Source: Candidatus Kaiserbacteria bacterium (lineage in GTDB: Bacteria; Patescibacteriota; Minisyncoccia; Phycocordibacterales; UBA2100). From it: a DNA stretch of 64,000 nucleotides. A model generated the notes under the pieces. It saw nothing but the letters and a program-made list of their open reading frames with translations. It was not told the origin of the DNA and did no database searches. Location of the stretch: positions 44,170-108,169 of the forward strand of contig JACRFK010000005.1 of NCBI GenBank assembly GCA_016217925.1, written 5' to 3'. The translations under genes were made by a program, and so were the position numbers. Below, piece after piece: positions 29,570-38,800 of this stretch (position 1 is its first letter; the number at the start of each line of letters is the position of its first letter).

Positions 29570-30970
29570 ATGGATTTGTCGACACTAACGATTGCGGAGG
29601 CTCGTCGCGCATTGGACGCCAAAGAATATTCCGCGCTCGAACTTACGAACGCATATTTGGATGCTATTGCCCAGAAAGACGGAGAATTCCACGCATACCT
29701 AGAAGTATGGACTGATTCGGCACGTGAGGAGGCAAAGGCGGCGGATGCGATGATTGCGGCGGGCAAGTCGCAGCCGCTTACGGGAATTCCTATTGCGGTC
29801 AAGGACAATATGCTCATTGAAGGTCGTATCGTGTCGGCCGCATCGAAAATCTTGGAAAATTATCACGCCTCATACGATGCGACTGTCATTTCAAAATTAA
29901 AAGCGCAGGGCGTTGTATTTCTCGGCCGCACCAATATGGATGAATTCGCGCTCGGCAGCTCCACGGAAAATTCGGCCTATGGCCCCACCAAGAATCCGCA
30001 CGACACATCCCGCGTGCCCGGCGGCACCTCAGGCGGCTCGGCTGCGGCTGTGGCGGCAGGAATGGCGCTTGCCGCGCTCGGGAGCGACACGGGCGGCTCT
30101 ATCCGCCAGCCGGCGGCATTTTGCGGCGTCGTCGGGCTGAAGCCCACATATGGCGCTGTTTCCCGTTCCGGCCTTATCGCCGCAGCTTCCTCGCTCGACC
30201 AGATAGGCACGCTCGCGAAGAACGTGAATGATGCAAAAATCCTCTTCGATGCGATTCGCGGTCACGACGCGATGGACAGTACCTCTATAGAAAATCCGAA
30301 ATCCGAAATCCGAAACCCGAAAAAGCTTGGGGTGCCGCGGGAGTTTCTTACAGATTTGAATCCGGAAATACGGACGCAATTCGAGAGCACACTGCAGACG
30401 CTAAAAGATAAGGGATACTCGGTCACTGACGTTGCGCTACCGTCTTTGCAGTACGCGCTTGCGGTGTACTACATCATTAACCCTGCGGAAGTTTCTACGA
30501 ATCTCGCGCGGCTCGACGGCATCCGCTACGGGCTTTCCGTCCCCGCGGATGTCATCGGGGAAGTGTATTCAAAGACGCGCGCCGCGGGATTCGGCGCTGA
30601 GACACGCCGTCGCATCCTCGTCGGCACGTTCGTACTTTCTTCGGGATACGCCGATGCGTACTACCGCAAGGCGCGCTCGGCGCGCGAGCTTATACGCGCC
30701 GATTTTGCAAAAGCGTTTGAATCCGTAGATGCGATTGTCATGCCGACGACGCCATCTCCCGCATTTAAACTCGGCGAGAAAAATAATGACCCCGTATCAC
30801 TGTATCTCGAAGACATTTTCACGGTGCCTGTAAATCTCGCAGGAGTACCCGCAATATCGGTGCCTGGTGGCACCGTGGAGCGCGATGGAAAAAAGCTGCC
30901 TGTAGGATTTCAGATAATCGGTGCGTGGGGCGGGGAACAGACACTCTTTGCCATCGGCAAAGATGTCTGA
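29570..30970 (+). CDS. gatA: Glu-tRNA(Gln)/Asp-tRNA(Asn) amidotransferase subunit A (amidase signature)
   Basis: GGSSGGSAAAVAAG amidase signature; Ser-cisSer-Lys triad context; 466 aa. Confidence 0.9.
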   Translation: MDLSTLTIAEARRALDAKEYSALELTNAYLDAIAQKDGEFHAYLEVWTDSAREEAKAADAMIAAGKSQPLTGIPIAVKDNMLIEGRIVSAASKILENYHASYDATVISKLKAQGVVFLGRTNMDEFALGSSTENSAYGPTKNPHDTSRVPGGTSGGSAAAVAAGMALAALGSDTGGSIRQPAAFCGVVGLKPTYGAVSRSGLIAAASSLDQIGTLAKNVNDAKILFDAIRGHDAMDSTSIENPKSEIRNPKKLGVPREFLTDLNPEIRTQFESTLQTLKDKGYSVTDVALPSLQYALAVYYIINPAEVSTNLARLDGIRYGLSVPADVIGEVYSKTRAAGFGAETRRRILVGTFVLSSGYADAYYRKARSARELIRADFAKAFESVDAIVMPTTPSPAFKLGEKNNDPVSLYLEDIFTVPVNLAGVPAISVPGGTVERDGKKLPVGFQIIGAWGGEQTLFAIGKDV

Positions 30971-31093
30971 TCCCGCTAATGGCGCGTCGGCATCTGCTGA
31001 TGCCGACGTAAACCTCTCGCATCGGCCTTCGGCCAACACTCGACCTGCCTATGGCAGGCACACCCTCGTGTTGGTTTAGGTTATAATCTCTCC

Positions 31094-31804
31094 ATGGACT
31101 CCAATCCCGCACCCGGCAGCTCAATAGGGTCGGCGCTTTGGTTTCTCGGCGAGGTCGCATTCAAGTGGATTCCCGGTGCGGTGGTAAGCATCGCAGGCAC
31201 CGGAGTCGCGGCGCCTTCGGGAGAAGCGTCACCATTCGCCACGCCCATTACGGCCCCAGTGACCGCTCCGCAGATCGTTCAGTATCTACAGACGGCGTCG
31301 GCGCCTGGAGCGTACGACAGACTTTTCCAACAGTGGAGCACCTTTGTCGCGTTCTCACTTCTCATCTCGTTGTTGCTGGGCGCGCTTTCGATCTACTGCT
31401 CGATACGAGTTTTTCAGATACGCCAGCTCGAAAGACGTAAATTTGCGGCGGCGCAGCGTACGGTCGTGGCGCATGATGTGCCGAAAACGCAGTTACGCTG
31501 GAACAGAATACTGGAACAAGCAAACAGTGATTCCGAGCAGTCGTGGCGGCTCGCGATACTCGAGGCAGACATCATGCTCAACGAGCTCCTCGATGTGAGA
31601 GGTTATAGGGGTGAGACGATGGCAGACAAAATGCGCGGCGTTGACCGCACGGATTTCAACTCGATCGATCTCGCGTGGGAGGCTCACAAGATCCGTAACA
31701 AGATCGCGCACGACGGCAGCGCGCACCAGCTCACGGCGCGCGAGACGCGTCGAGTCGTCGCTTTGTACGAAAGAGTGCTGAAAGAATCCCGCTTCATTGA
31801 GTAG
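31094..31804 (+). CDS. membrane-anchored protein with C-terminal HEPN-like (DUF4145-like) domain
   Basis: One TM (FVAFSLLISLLLGALSIYCSI), then a C-terminal R-x4-H motif (KIRNKIAHDG) in a helical context typical of HEPN. Confidence 0.45.
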   Translation: MDSNPAPGSSIGSALWFLGEVAFKWIPGAVVSIAGTGVAAPSGEASPFATPITAPVTAPQIVQYLQTASAPGAYDRLFQQWSTFVAFSLLISLLLGALSIYCSIRVFQIRQLERRKFAAAQRTVVAHDVPKTQLRWNRILEQANSDSEQSWRLAILEADIMLNELLDVRGYRGETMADKMRGVDRTDFNSIDLAWEAHKIRNKIAHDGSAHQLTARETRRVVALYERVLKESRFIE

Positions 31805-32480
31805 TTTGTCTTGCGAGTTCTTGAATCGACCCCAGAATTCTGCGCCGCAAAGCGGTTGCTCTACGAACCTTGATGCGAAGTGTGCCGAAGTGTTGCTCCG
31901 GGTCGGAGTATACCTTTTGAGAGCGCGCCTTAATCAGACTCGCCTTTGAGAACTGCGAAAGAGGAATCCCCGAAATTTTTGACCAGTATCGCTCGACATC
32001 CGCCACTCTATGGCGATGTTTTTGGTTGATAGATACACGAAGTATCAGGTCGGACAGAGGAATGTTATATATACGTCGGAGCCAAAGTACAAAAGAGCGG
32101 ATAATATCGGGGTTACTGTTAGTGAGCCCGCACTCCTCATTTCCACTCTTATAACCTTCACCCCAGTAGAGACCTATACCCAGTATGAATATGTCCCGCT
32201 GACTCAGGGAACCGATTGCCCGGGCGCCACGTCTCGACTCTACCTCCACAGCTTCAATGCGTGCAGTACGTTTTTTCTCCGCAGCCCGTAGGCGACCGAG
32301 GGCGCCGGCGTCGTTCCGCCTTTGGACAAGTGATTGTATCTGTTTGTCCGATAGCAAGATGTCCCGGCACCAGTAGCTCACGGTGCTTTTACTTGTCTTC
32401 AGCATCGTTGCGATTACTGCAATGCTTTCTCCCTTTACCCGCAAACCGCGTGCCTTCTCGCGAAGTCGGATGAAAGCCAT
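31794..32480 (-). CDS. HTH + LAGLIDADG-like putative homing-endonuclease-family protein (paralog 1), divergent from the intron-containing tRNA(CAU)
   Basis: N-terminal HTH (IAVIATMLKTSKSTVSYWCRDI); central LGIGLYWGEGYK...TNSNP motif resembling a single LAGLIDADG motif; ~35-40% identical to the ORF at 34855..35544. Confidence 0.6.
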   Translation of the reverse strand: MAFIRLREKARGLRVKGESIAVIATMLKTSKSTVSYWCRDILLSDKQIQSLVQRRNDAGALGRLRAAEKKRTARIEAVEVESRRGARAIGSLSQRDIFILGIGLYWGEGYKSGNEECGLTNSNPDIIRSFVLWLRRIYNIPLSDLILRVSINQKHRHRVADVERYWSKISGIPLSQFSKASLIKARSQKVYSDPEQHFGTLRIKVRRATALRRRILGSIQELARQTTQ

Positions 32481-32564
32481 CCGAGCATGATAACACAAGG
32501 TTTCTGGATATCAGTCGGTTGTCCAGTGCTTGCATGCAGTGGCGTATACGTCTATACTCACAAA

Positions 32565-32868
32565 AGCGGGGTGGAGCAGTAGTAGCTCGCAAGGCTCAAT
32601 ATGGGCTCGTTCACGAGCAATTGTGAACGGAACACTTGTCAAATTCGGTGAAACCTCTCTCGTGCCACGAGGTGGCAATACCGAGCCAAGTCCCGCCGGC
32701 GGCGGGAAAGGTGTAGAGACTAGATGGCAGGCTCCCAGACGGATACTTGAAAAGTATCGTGAGGGATGAAGGTATAGTCCAGACCACGAATCCACTGGTA
32801 GTGGAGCGGCGAAAGCCGTAGCGGTATGCATAACCTTGAGGTCGCAGGTGCAAGTCCTGCCCCCGCAA
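32565..32868 (+). tRNA. tRNA(CAU) (initiator-like tRNA-fMet; Ile2/elongator Met not excluded) interrupted by a group I intron between U33 and C34
   Basis: 5' exon AGCGGGGTGGAGCAGTAGTAGCTCGCAAGGCT (32565..32596) nearly matches E. coli tRNA-fMet 1-26; 3' exon CATAACCTTGAGGTCGCAGGTGCAAGTCCTGCCCCCGCAA (32829..32868); spliced anticodon loop is CTCATAA; 1:72 A.A mismatch. Confidence 0.8.
32597..32828 (+). ncRNA. self-splicing group I intron, subgroup IC3-like (232 nt, no internal ORF)
   Basis: Conserved core blocks GTCAAATTCGGTGAAACC, TGGCAATACCGAGCCAAG, AAAGGTGTAGAGACTAGATGGCA (R) and AAGGTATAGTCC (S) align with the Azoarcus pre-tRNA-Ile intron; 5' exon ends in U and the intron ends in G. Confidence 0.8.
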
Positions 32869-32960
32869 CAGAATTGTGACGCTTGGAACTCGTTCCGTCA
32901 GGCGTCGAAAGTGCAAGAAGTCGGTACTATACCGACGGACCTAAAAGCTCAAAGGAACGA

Positions 32961-32988
32961 CAAGGCCGCGATGAAAATCGCGGCTTTG
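32961..32988. terminator. hairpin between the tRNA 3' end and the convergent gene (bidirectional terminator candidate)
   Basis: caaggccgcgat-gaaa-atcgcggctttg. Confidence 0.45.
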
Positions 32989-33010
32989 TCGTGTTGCGGG
33001 TCAGGGATAT

Positions 33011-33685
33011 TTAGTTAGACTTGGAGGAGTTAAGGTTGATAGCTAAAGAATTTATACTTCCCACCGGTTCTCCACTTCGATTACACAGGCTGATTTTACC
33101 TGACATCCTATAAACTCCGGATAAATCGGTTAGGCTTCTACTGATTCCTGCAAGATGAACAGGTTCGCAGGAAGTCAAAGCTTCATCCGGTACTGCGGAG
33201 AATGCAACCGAATTATGAAAAGGAGTATGTCTTAGTTCTACGAAAATATCAAAGAAAGAATTCGCCGGAATATTGCTTCCCCCTATACCAACCGGCATAC
33301 GGACAAGCCGTTCGGCCACACCCGTACTTCGATTCGACTTACTGCTGTTGAGATTGACCGCTAAACCCCGTGATGTTGTGCCCGTTAAGCTCATACTTAC
33401 AATCTCTGTAGCCACATCCGGCAAACCATCGCTATCCACATCGCCAATCACAGAACCCTCGATTATTGCAGTTCCTTTCGCTTCAAATGTCTGGGCCAAA
33501 CGCTCATTAAAAAACTTCACTTTGCCCTTGACAACCATGTGGTATGAACTGATCCCCCTGCTAGGGGAGGTGGCGAAGCTTACGACGGGCGCTGCAAAAA
33601 GTACACCCGCGAGGAGAATCGACGCGAAAAAAGCAGCCCCAGAGGTCAAAAGCATCAGCGCTGTTGTCGATGGTCCGAACTTCAT
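33011..33685 (-). CDS. secreted hypothetical protein with internal repeat
   Basis: Signal peptide MKFGPSTTALMLLTSGAAFFASILLAGVLFAAP; repeated A(V/I)NLNSSKSN segment. Confidence 0.55.
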   Translation of the reverse strand: MKFGPSTTALMLLTSGAAFFASILLAGVLFAAPVVSFATSPSRGISSYHMVVKGKVKFFNERLAQTFEAKGTAIIEGSVIGDVDSDGLPDVATEIVSMSLTGTTSRGLAVNLNSSKSNRSTGVAERLVRMPVGIGGSNIPANSFFDIFVELRHTPFHNSVAFSAVPDEALTSCEPVHLAGISRSLTDLSGVYRMSGKISLCNRSGEPVGSINSLAINLNSSKSN

Positions 33686-34089
33686 GTAGTGCCAGCCTAA
33701 GGACTAATGTATCGGATGTCAAGCGAGAGAAAATCCTGTGACTATGGCGATTTAAGACCAGCGAACCAACCTGAAATCAGGTGCCAATCCCGTCGTATAC
33801 TTGCAACAAATACTGAAAAGGCTCCCGCATGTCGGGGGCTTTTTCAGTATTCGGATTGTGCGGGGAGCGAGGCAACTGCTTGCCTCGCCTGCGGACTTGC
33901 AAGGCGGAGCGATGCCGAGCTAGCAGGCGAGGCCGCGAGCCGGGGTCGCGAAATTTCCGAGCGGCGGCGAGGAAATATTTGTGACCATGTCCTGCCCAAG
34001 CCTGCCCCCACAATGCACAGACGAGCGCACCAAGAGCTGCGGCAAGTGCTACCATTGCAGGACAGTCGGAGGAGATACCGGCCGGACAT

Positions 34090-34576
34090 TATGGACACAT
34101 CGGGAGAAAAACCATTTGCATTACTCAGGATTCTTTTCGGTGCAGTGTGGCTCGTTGATGCTGTATTCAAGTGGAATCCAGCATTTTTCGACGCTTTCAC
34201 GTCTTACGTCGTAGGAGGTACACAAAATCAGCCTCCTCTCGTGCAATCATGGATCGATCTGTGGGTGAATGGGGCAAACGTGGACCCATATTCTTTCGCC
34301 GTCGTTGTGGCGATTGGGGAAACTGCGATAGCGCTGAGTCTGTTGTTCGGCGTACTTACTCAGCTCGGCATCGCAGGCGGGATCGCGATGATGTTGGTCG
34401 TCTGGTCTACTGCCGAAGGATTTGGGGGGCCATATGTCGCGGGCTCCACCGACATCGGCGCCGCGGCCATTTACGTCATCGTTTTTGTCGCGCTCTGGTT
34501 CGGGCGTTGTTGGCGACAATACAGCCTCGATCCCTTAATAAGAAAATGGCTTCCGGTTTTGTACCAGCATTGGTAA
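34090..34576 (+). CDS. DoxX-family membrane protein
   Basis: 4 TM helices; DoxX-like pattern (FALLRILFGAVWLVDAVFKW...); 162 aa. Confidence 0.65.
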
Positions 34577-34596
34577 GGCACAGATGGCGCTCCTTT

Positions 34597-34776
34597 TTAG
34601 GGCTCTTGCAGGGCGGCAAAGATGACCTCGGTCACCCCCAAAAAAGCGAATAACAGAAGCGAGAGCAAGAATTGTTTCCACGACCAAGTCAGTATCGCGT
34701 TGCCGGCAGAGTAGACAAGGAAGACGCCGGCCAATGCCAAGAGTACGGAGTTGGCCTGTAAAATGTGTCCCCACAT
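34597..34776 (-). CDS. putative small membrane protein (59 aa), absent from the ORF track
   Basis: MWGHILQANSVLLALAGVFLVYSAGNAILTWSWKQFLLSLLLFAFLGVTEVIFAALQEP; two hydrophobic helices; convergent with doxX. Confidence 0.3.
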   Translation of the reverse strand: MWGHILQANSVLLALAGVFLVYSAGNAILTWSWKQFLLSLLLFAFLGVTEVIFAALQEP

Positions 34777-34854
34777 GAATTAAAGCGTAGCACAAAAGAC
34801 ACAGGTGGGGATAATGAAATGGACGTACGTATACGCGCTATATACAATATCAAT

Positions 34855-35544
34855 ATGGCAAAATCGAAGGAACGAATCCAGGCGAAAGTTCTGCGTAACA
34901 AAGGCCGGAGCATTCTTTCTATCGCGGAGGAGTTGAAAGTCTCAAAAGCGAGCGTTAGCTCATGGTGTCGAGATATTGTATTAACTGAGAAACAGATCCA
35001 ATTACTCACAGAGCAAGGTCAGCAAGGCGCCCGTCGCGGACAGTTACTGGGGGCCGCTGTAAATCGAAAGAAAAAGGAAGATAGCATCGCTCGATATCGT
35101 CTTGACGCCCAAAACGAGCTCCATAATTTAACACCCCGAGAAGTTCTCTTGGCGGGACTGGGGATTTATTGGGGGGAAGGCATCAAGGGAACAGGTACGG
35201 TGGCGGTGACAAATTCAGACCCAAGAGTTATTTCTTTTATGCTCCACTGGTTTCGTAGCATGTTCGACGTGCCGAAAGAGATGTTCCGTCCCCAGATATT
35301 TATAAATGACACACATCGGCCCCGGGAGAAGACTGTTCGAAAGTTCTGGTCTACATTACTCGATATACCTGATGCGCAGTTTCGCAAAGTCGTTTTTATA
35401 AAAGTAAGGAACAAGAAGGTTTACGAAAACCACGATTCGTATTATGGTGTCTTAGCGCTTCGAGTCAGGAAGGGAACAAGTTTGAAGTATAGAGTTCTTG
35501 GTTATTTGGACGCACTCGGAGCACAATACAATAAGCCGACGTAG
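34855..35544 (+). CDS. HTH + LAGLIDADG-like putative homing-endonuclease-family protein (paralog 2); 3' end overlaps tRNA(CAU) by 10 nt
   Basis: ILSIAEELKVSKASVSSWCRDI HTH; LLAGLGIYWGEGIKGTGTVAVTNSDP motif; paralogous to the ORF at 31794..32480; stop TAG lies inside the tRNA acceptor stem. Confidence 0.6.
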   Translation: MAKSKERIQAKVLRNKGRSILSIAEELKVSKASVSSWCRDIVLTEKQIQLLTEQGQQGARRGQLLGAAVNRKKKEDSIARYRLDAQNELHNLTPREVLLAGLGIYWGEGIKGTGTVAVTNSDPRVISFMLHWFRSMFDVPKEMFRPQIFINDTHRPREKTVRKFWSTLLDIPDAQFRKVVFIKVRNKKVYENHDSYYGVLALRVRKGTSLKYRVLGYLDALGAQYNKPT

Positions 35545-35607
35545 CTCAACGGTTAGAGCGGAGCCCTCATAAAGCTCAGGTTACAGGTTCGATTCCTGTC
35601 GTCGGCA
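35535..35607 (+). tRNA. tRNA-Met/Ile2 (anticodon CAU), intron-less, elongator-type (G1:C72)
   Basis: GCCGACG acceptor; anticodon loop CTCATAA; T-arm GGTTCGATTCC; 73 nt. Confidence 0.85.
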
Positions 35608-35650
35608 TTTCATTGAAAAATGAGTGATTTTCAAGTATTGTGTGCATGTT

Positions 35651-35724
35651 GCGGGTGTAGCTCAATTGGTTAGAGCACTCCCCTGTCACGGGAGAGGCTG
35701 CGGGTTCGAGCCCCGTCACTCGCG
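35651..35724 (+). tRNA. tRNA-Asp (anticodon GUC)
   Basis: GCGGGTG acceptor; anticodon loop CTGTCAC; T-arm GGGTTCGAGCCCC; 74 nt. Confidence 0.9.
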
Positions 35725-35734
35725 CTAGTGAGAC

Positions 35735-35765
35735 AAAAGGCCGCCTGAAAAGGTGGCCTTTTGCG
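35735..35765 (+). terminator. rho-independent terminator after the tRNA pair
   Basis: aaaaggccgcc-tgaaa-aggtggcctttt. Confidence 0.6.
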
Positions 35766-35812
35766 CACAGGGCAAGCGAAGAGGGAAGCGCGCGGATGGT
35801 ACCATCGTATGT

Positions 35813-38800
35813 ATGGTAGAGCGTTCGCATCAAGGTCCTGGAAAAGGTCCTCTGGGAGGTCCGCGGGCATCTCAAGATCAACAACAAGTTGATGAGAAAG
35901 GAATAAAAAGCGACTTGGCCGTTCTCCTACGAAGTCTAGAAGACATGGAGAAACGTGTCGTGAAATCAGGTCAACAGGTTTTTTTCGGTACAGCTCAGCT
36001 CGGCCATCGTATCGAGACATTGCAACGTACTCACCAAGGCGGGACCCACGATGTGCGGATAATGTATGACGCACTTTTTGATGCGGGAGTTCCTGCGGCT
36101 GCTTTGGAGGATTTTGGCAGAAATGTTGCAAAGAGAGGAGTTCCAGACAACCAGCTCTTCAGCACAGGATACATAAAAGAAAAGTTCTTCTCCAAAGGAG
36201 TTATTTCCGAGGCAGGACTCAAATTCAACCCCGGCGAAGGCGGGGAAGCGTGGCTCAGTAAACATGTCCAAGAAGAGCTTGAAGGATTAAGAGGTTTCGA
36301 TCTCGGCGCTGCTTGCAAGGTCCAAGACCTCGCGAGGTCAATGGGAACACAGTATGGCAATTCAGCGGCGATGATGACGCGGCTCATGTTTGTATGCAGC
36401 GGTAACGAACCTGGTGCCGAAGAGAGATCCGTTCGCTTTTCCGATCCCGCCGAAAAGATAGGGCTCCTCGTCCGAAGTCGCCTTGCAGAAGCCCGTACAA
36501 AAGGGGTGAGAGAAGAAAATACGTTTGTGGAAGGGATGCAGATGTTTTTAGGCGTATACGCAGATATTACGGCGAAAGTTCTTCAAAACGCAAAACCGGA
36601 ACAGCAAGCAAATATACATGAGAGATCAAAAGCGATGCTTTCCAAGCTCCTTCAATCGGAACAACTTCGAGCGGCGCATCTGGACCCCGGCAAGAGTCCT
36701 CCCGACCCTTTCAGTATATTCAGCGAACTGTTGCGAGAGGAGGGCGCAATAAATCCTTGGGTTGTCGGTGACAGCACCGAGACACCTTTTGACATCGGCA
36801 AGTTCCACCTCCTAATCTCTCCGGACGTGCCGCGCGGGCTTGTTGCCGACGCTGTCTTCGTCCTCAACAACTACCAGGAGGCGTTACTTGCACAGGATGT
36901 AGCAAAAATCCCCGCAAGTGTGCAAAAGTATAAAGACAGACAGCGGCAGGCAGGTGCGAACGCGGAACTACCCTCGGGTCTTGATATAACGAAAGCACTT
37001 ACCAATGCAGCTTCACGCATATGCAGGTTGCGGGGAGAGAAATTCAATGCACCTAATCCAAAGGAGGACACCGAAGAAGTGCTGCGTCTTAAAAGACAAG
37101 AGTACGAACGAATAGTCGAGGATTTCGTGAGGCCACTTGGACGAGGCATTCCCCCCTTCTCAGCCCTCTTACGTATTGTAGACCCCAAGAAAGTCGTAAG
37201 AGACGGCCAGATTAGGGACGATTTCATTCCGCTGCTCAAGAGCATACCTAAATTTAGCGATACAGCGGAAGATGCAGATAAGGTTAGAATAGTCGCTTCT
37301 TCGGTAAAGACGTTCCTGGAAGATCCGGACCCTTACTTGGATGTTCCGCTTTTGGGCACAGAGGGTGATTATTCATTGCGCACGCTGCTCACTATCCGAG
37401 CCAATGAGTGGTTCGATAAGGAAATCCTTCTAAGAGGTCCCTACGCACATTCAGACAGGAAGGGAGCACCTCCGCCCGAGCCGCTCATTCCGCCGCGCGA
37501 TACATGGCGTGTCCCAAAAGAGCGTCTCGTAGAATTGGCGAAGAATTTCAATACCGCCGCGGGAGCAAAATGGTTGTGGGCCAGAGAGTGGATCGAGGAT
37601 GCTTGTAAGATTCTTCGAAGACTACCGAATAGTTATGAAAATATTCTCGGCTTCGCTTCGCGCGAATCAAAAAGGTACTACAAAATGCCGGGAGAATACG
37701 AAGTAGTTTTCTATGCAAGTGCGACCGACGCAATGAGCAACATTGTAGATAAATTATTCCCCAACATGGTTGCGGGAGATTATTTTATCGGCTCACCGCA
37801 GGAATACGAGAGTATGGCGGATCCCCTCATTCATAAGGGTGCCCGATTTGAAGCGGCATATATCAACGAACGAATCGGCGATACGCGCCGTACAAAGACT
37901 CCGGATCAATTTTATGATGACATAGTCCGCATCATCGAAAGTCCCAGGAAAGATGGGCGACTCCCGCGAGCAATCTTTCTTAGCAGCAAAACCCGCTTCG
38001 GTGATGCGGTTGGTGTAACGCCCCCCGAGCCGCGCCGCGTGCTTGACGAAAATGGAAAAGAAACCGGGGAAGAAAAGATGTTTTACACCCCAAACACTCA
38101 CGGGCTTTCCATGATTATTCAAAGACTCAAGAGCCGCTATCCTTCCGTGCCGGTTGCTGTCGACGGGTGTCAAAGCGTTGGCCGCAACGATCGCGACGAA
38201 GACCTCAGTCGTCTCGGCTGCGACATATTCATTAATAGTGGTGGCAAAGGTCCTGGTATCGAAAACGTTTCAATGGTCGCTATCAGAAAGGTTAGCCTGG
38301 AGCAACGGGACGATAAGGGAAATGTTGTCAGAAAGGACGGCAAGCCGGTTTTTACAACCCCGGAGCATCACTGGTTGGAACACATCACAGATGAGAAAGT
38401 CTTACGGAATCCAGAATCTGTATTGACCCCAGGCAAGGGGACCGTCGACATCAGTCGCGTCGCGGCGTTAGGTTTCGCGTTACAACTGCTCGATTCAAGG
38501 ATAGATACATGGAGCGTCATTGACCCTAGCGACAAGCGTAAGCAGCGTGACCGGATAGCCGATCATATGGGGGCGATGACTGAGCACATGCTGACGCGCA
38601 CACAGGAATATGCGGGGTCCCTATTTAAAAGATTGCAAACCGCCAATTTACCTTTTCCCATTCCAGATGAAGCGAGTCTTGCAAAAAATCCTGAATTCGT
38701 AAAACGTTTCGGTTGTCAGGTAGTCCATCCCGCTCATCAAAATATTATCGACTACGACGGAATCGTCACGCTGACCTTTCCCAATATCGGTACAGTCGAG

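Noticed and set aside
32499-33010. Group II intron or RNase P as alternative identity for the structured RNA between 32.5 and 33.0 kb
   Set aside because: The length (232 nt), the presence of group I P7 R/S elements and the close block-wise match to the Azoarcus IC3 intron fit a group I intron. No group II domain V (GAGCCGUAUG...) or RNase P motifs are present.
35576-35887. ORF-track proteins overlapping tRNA genes (for example 35576..35887 -, 35670..36131 -, 41965..42285 -, 42841..43029 -/+, 50282..50482 -, 8854..9309 +)
   Set aside because: These translate straight through tRNA sequences (the GTTCGAAT/TCGAACC regions give the recurring ...GIEPVT..., ...RFEPRYSAPE... peptides) and are artifacts of six-frame translation.
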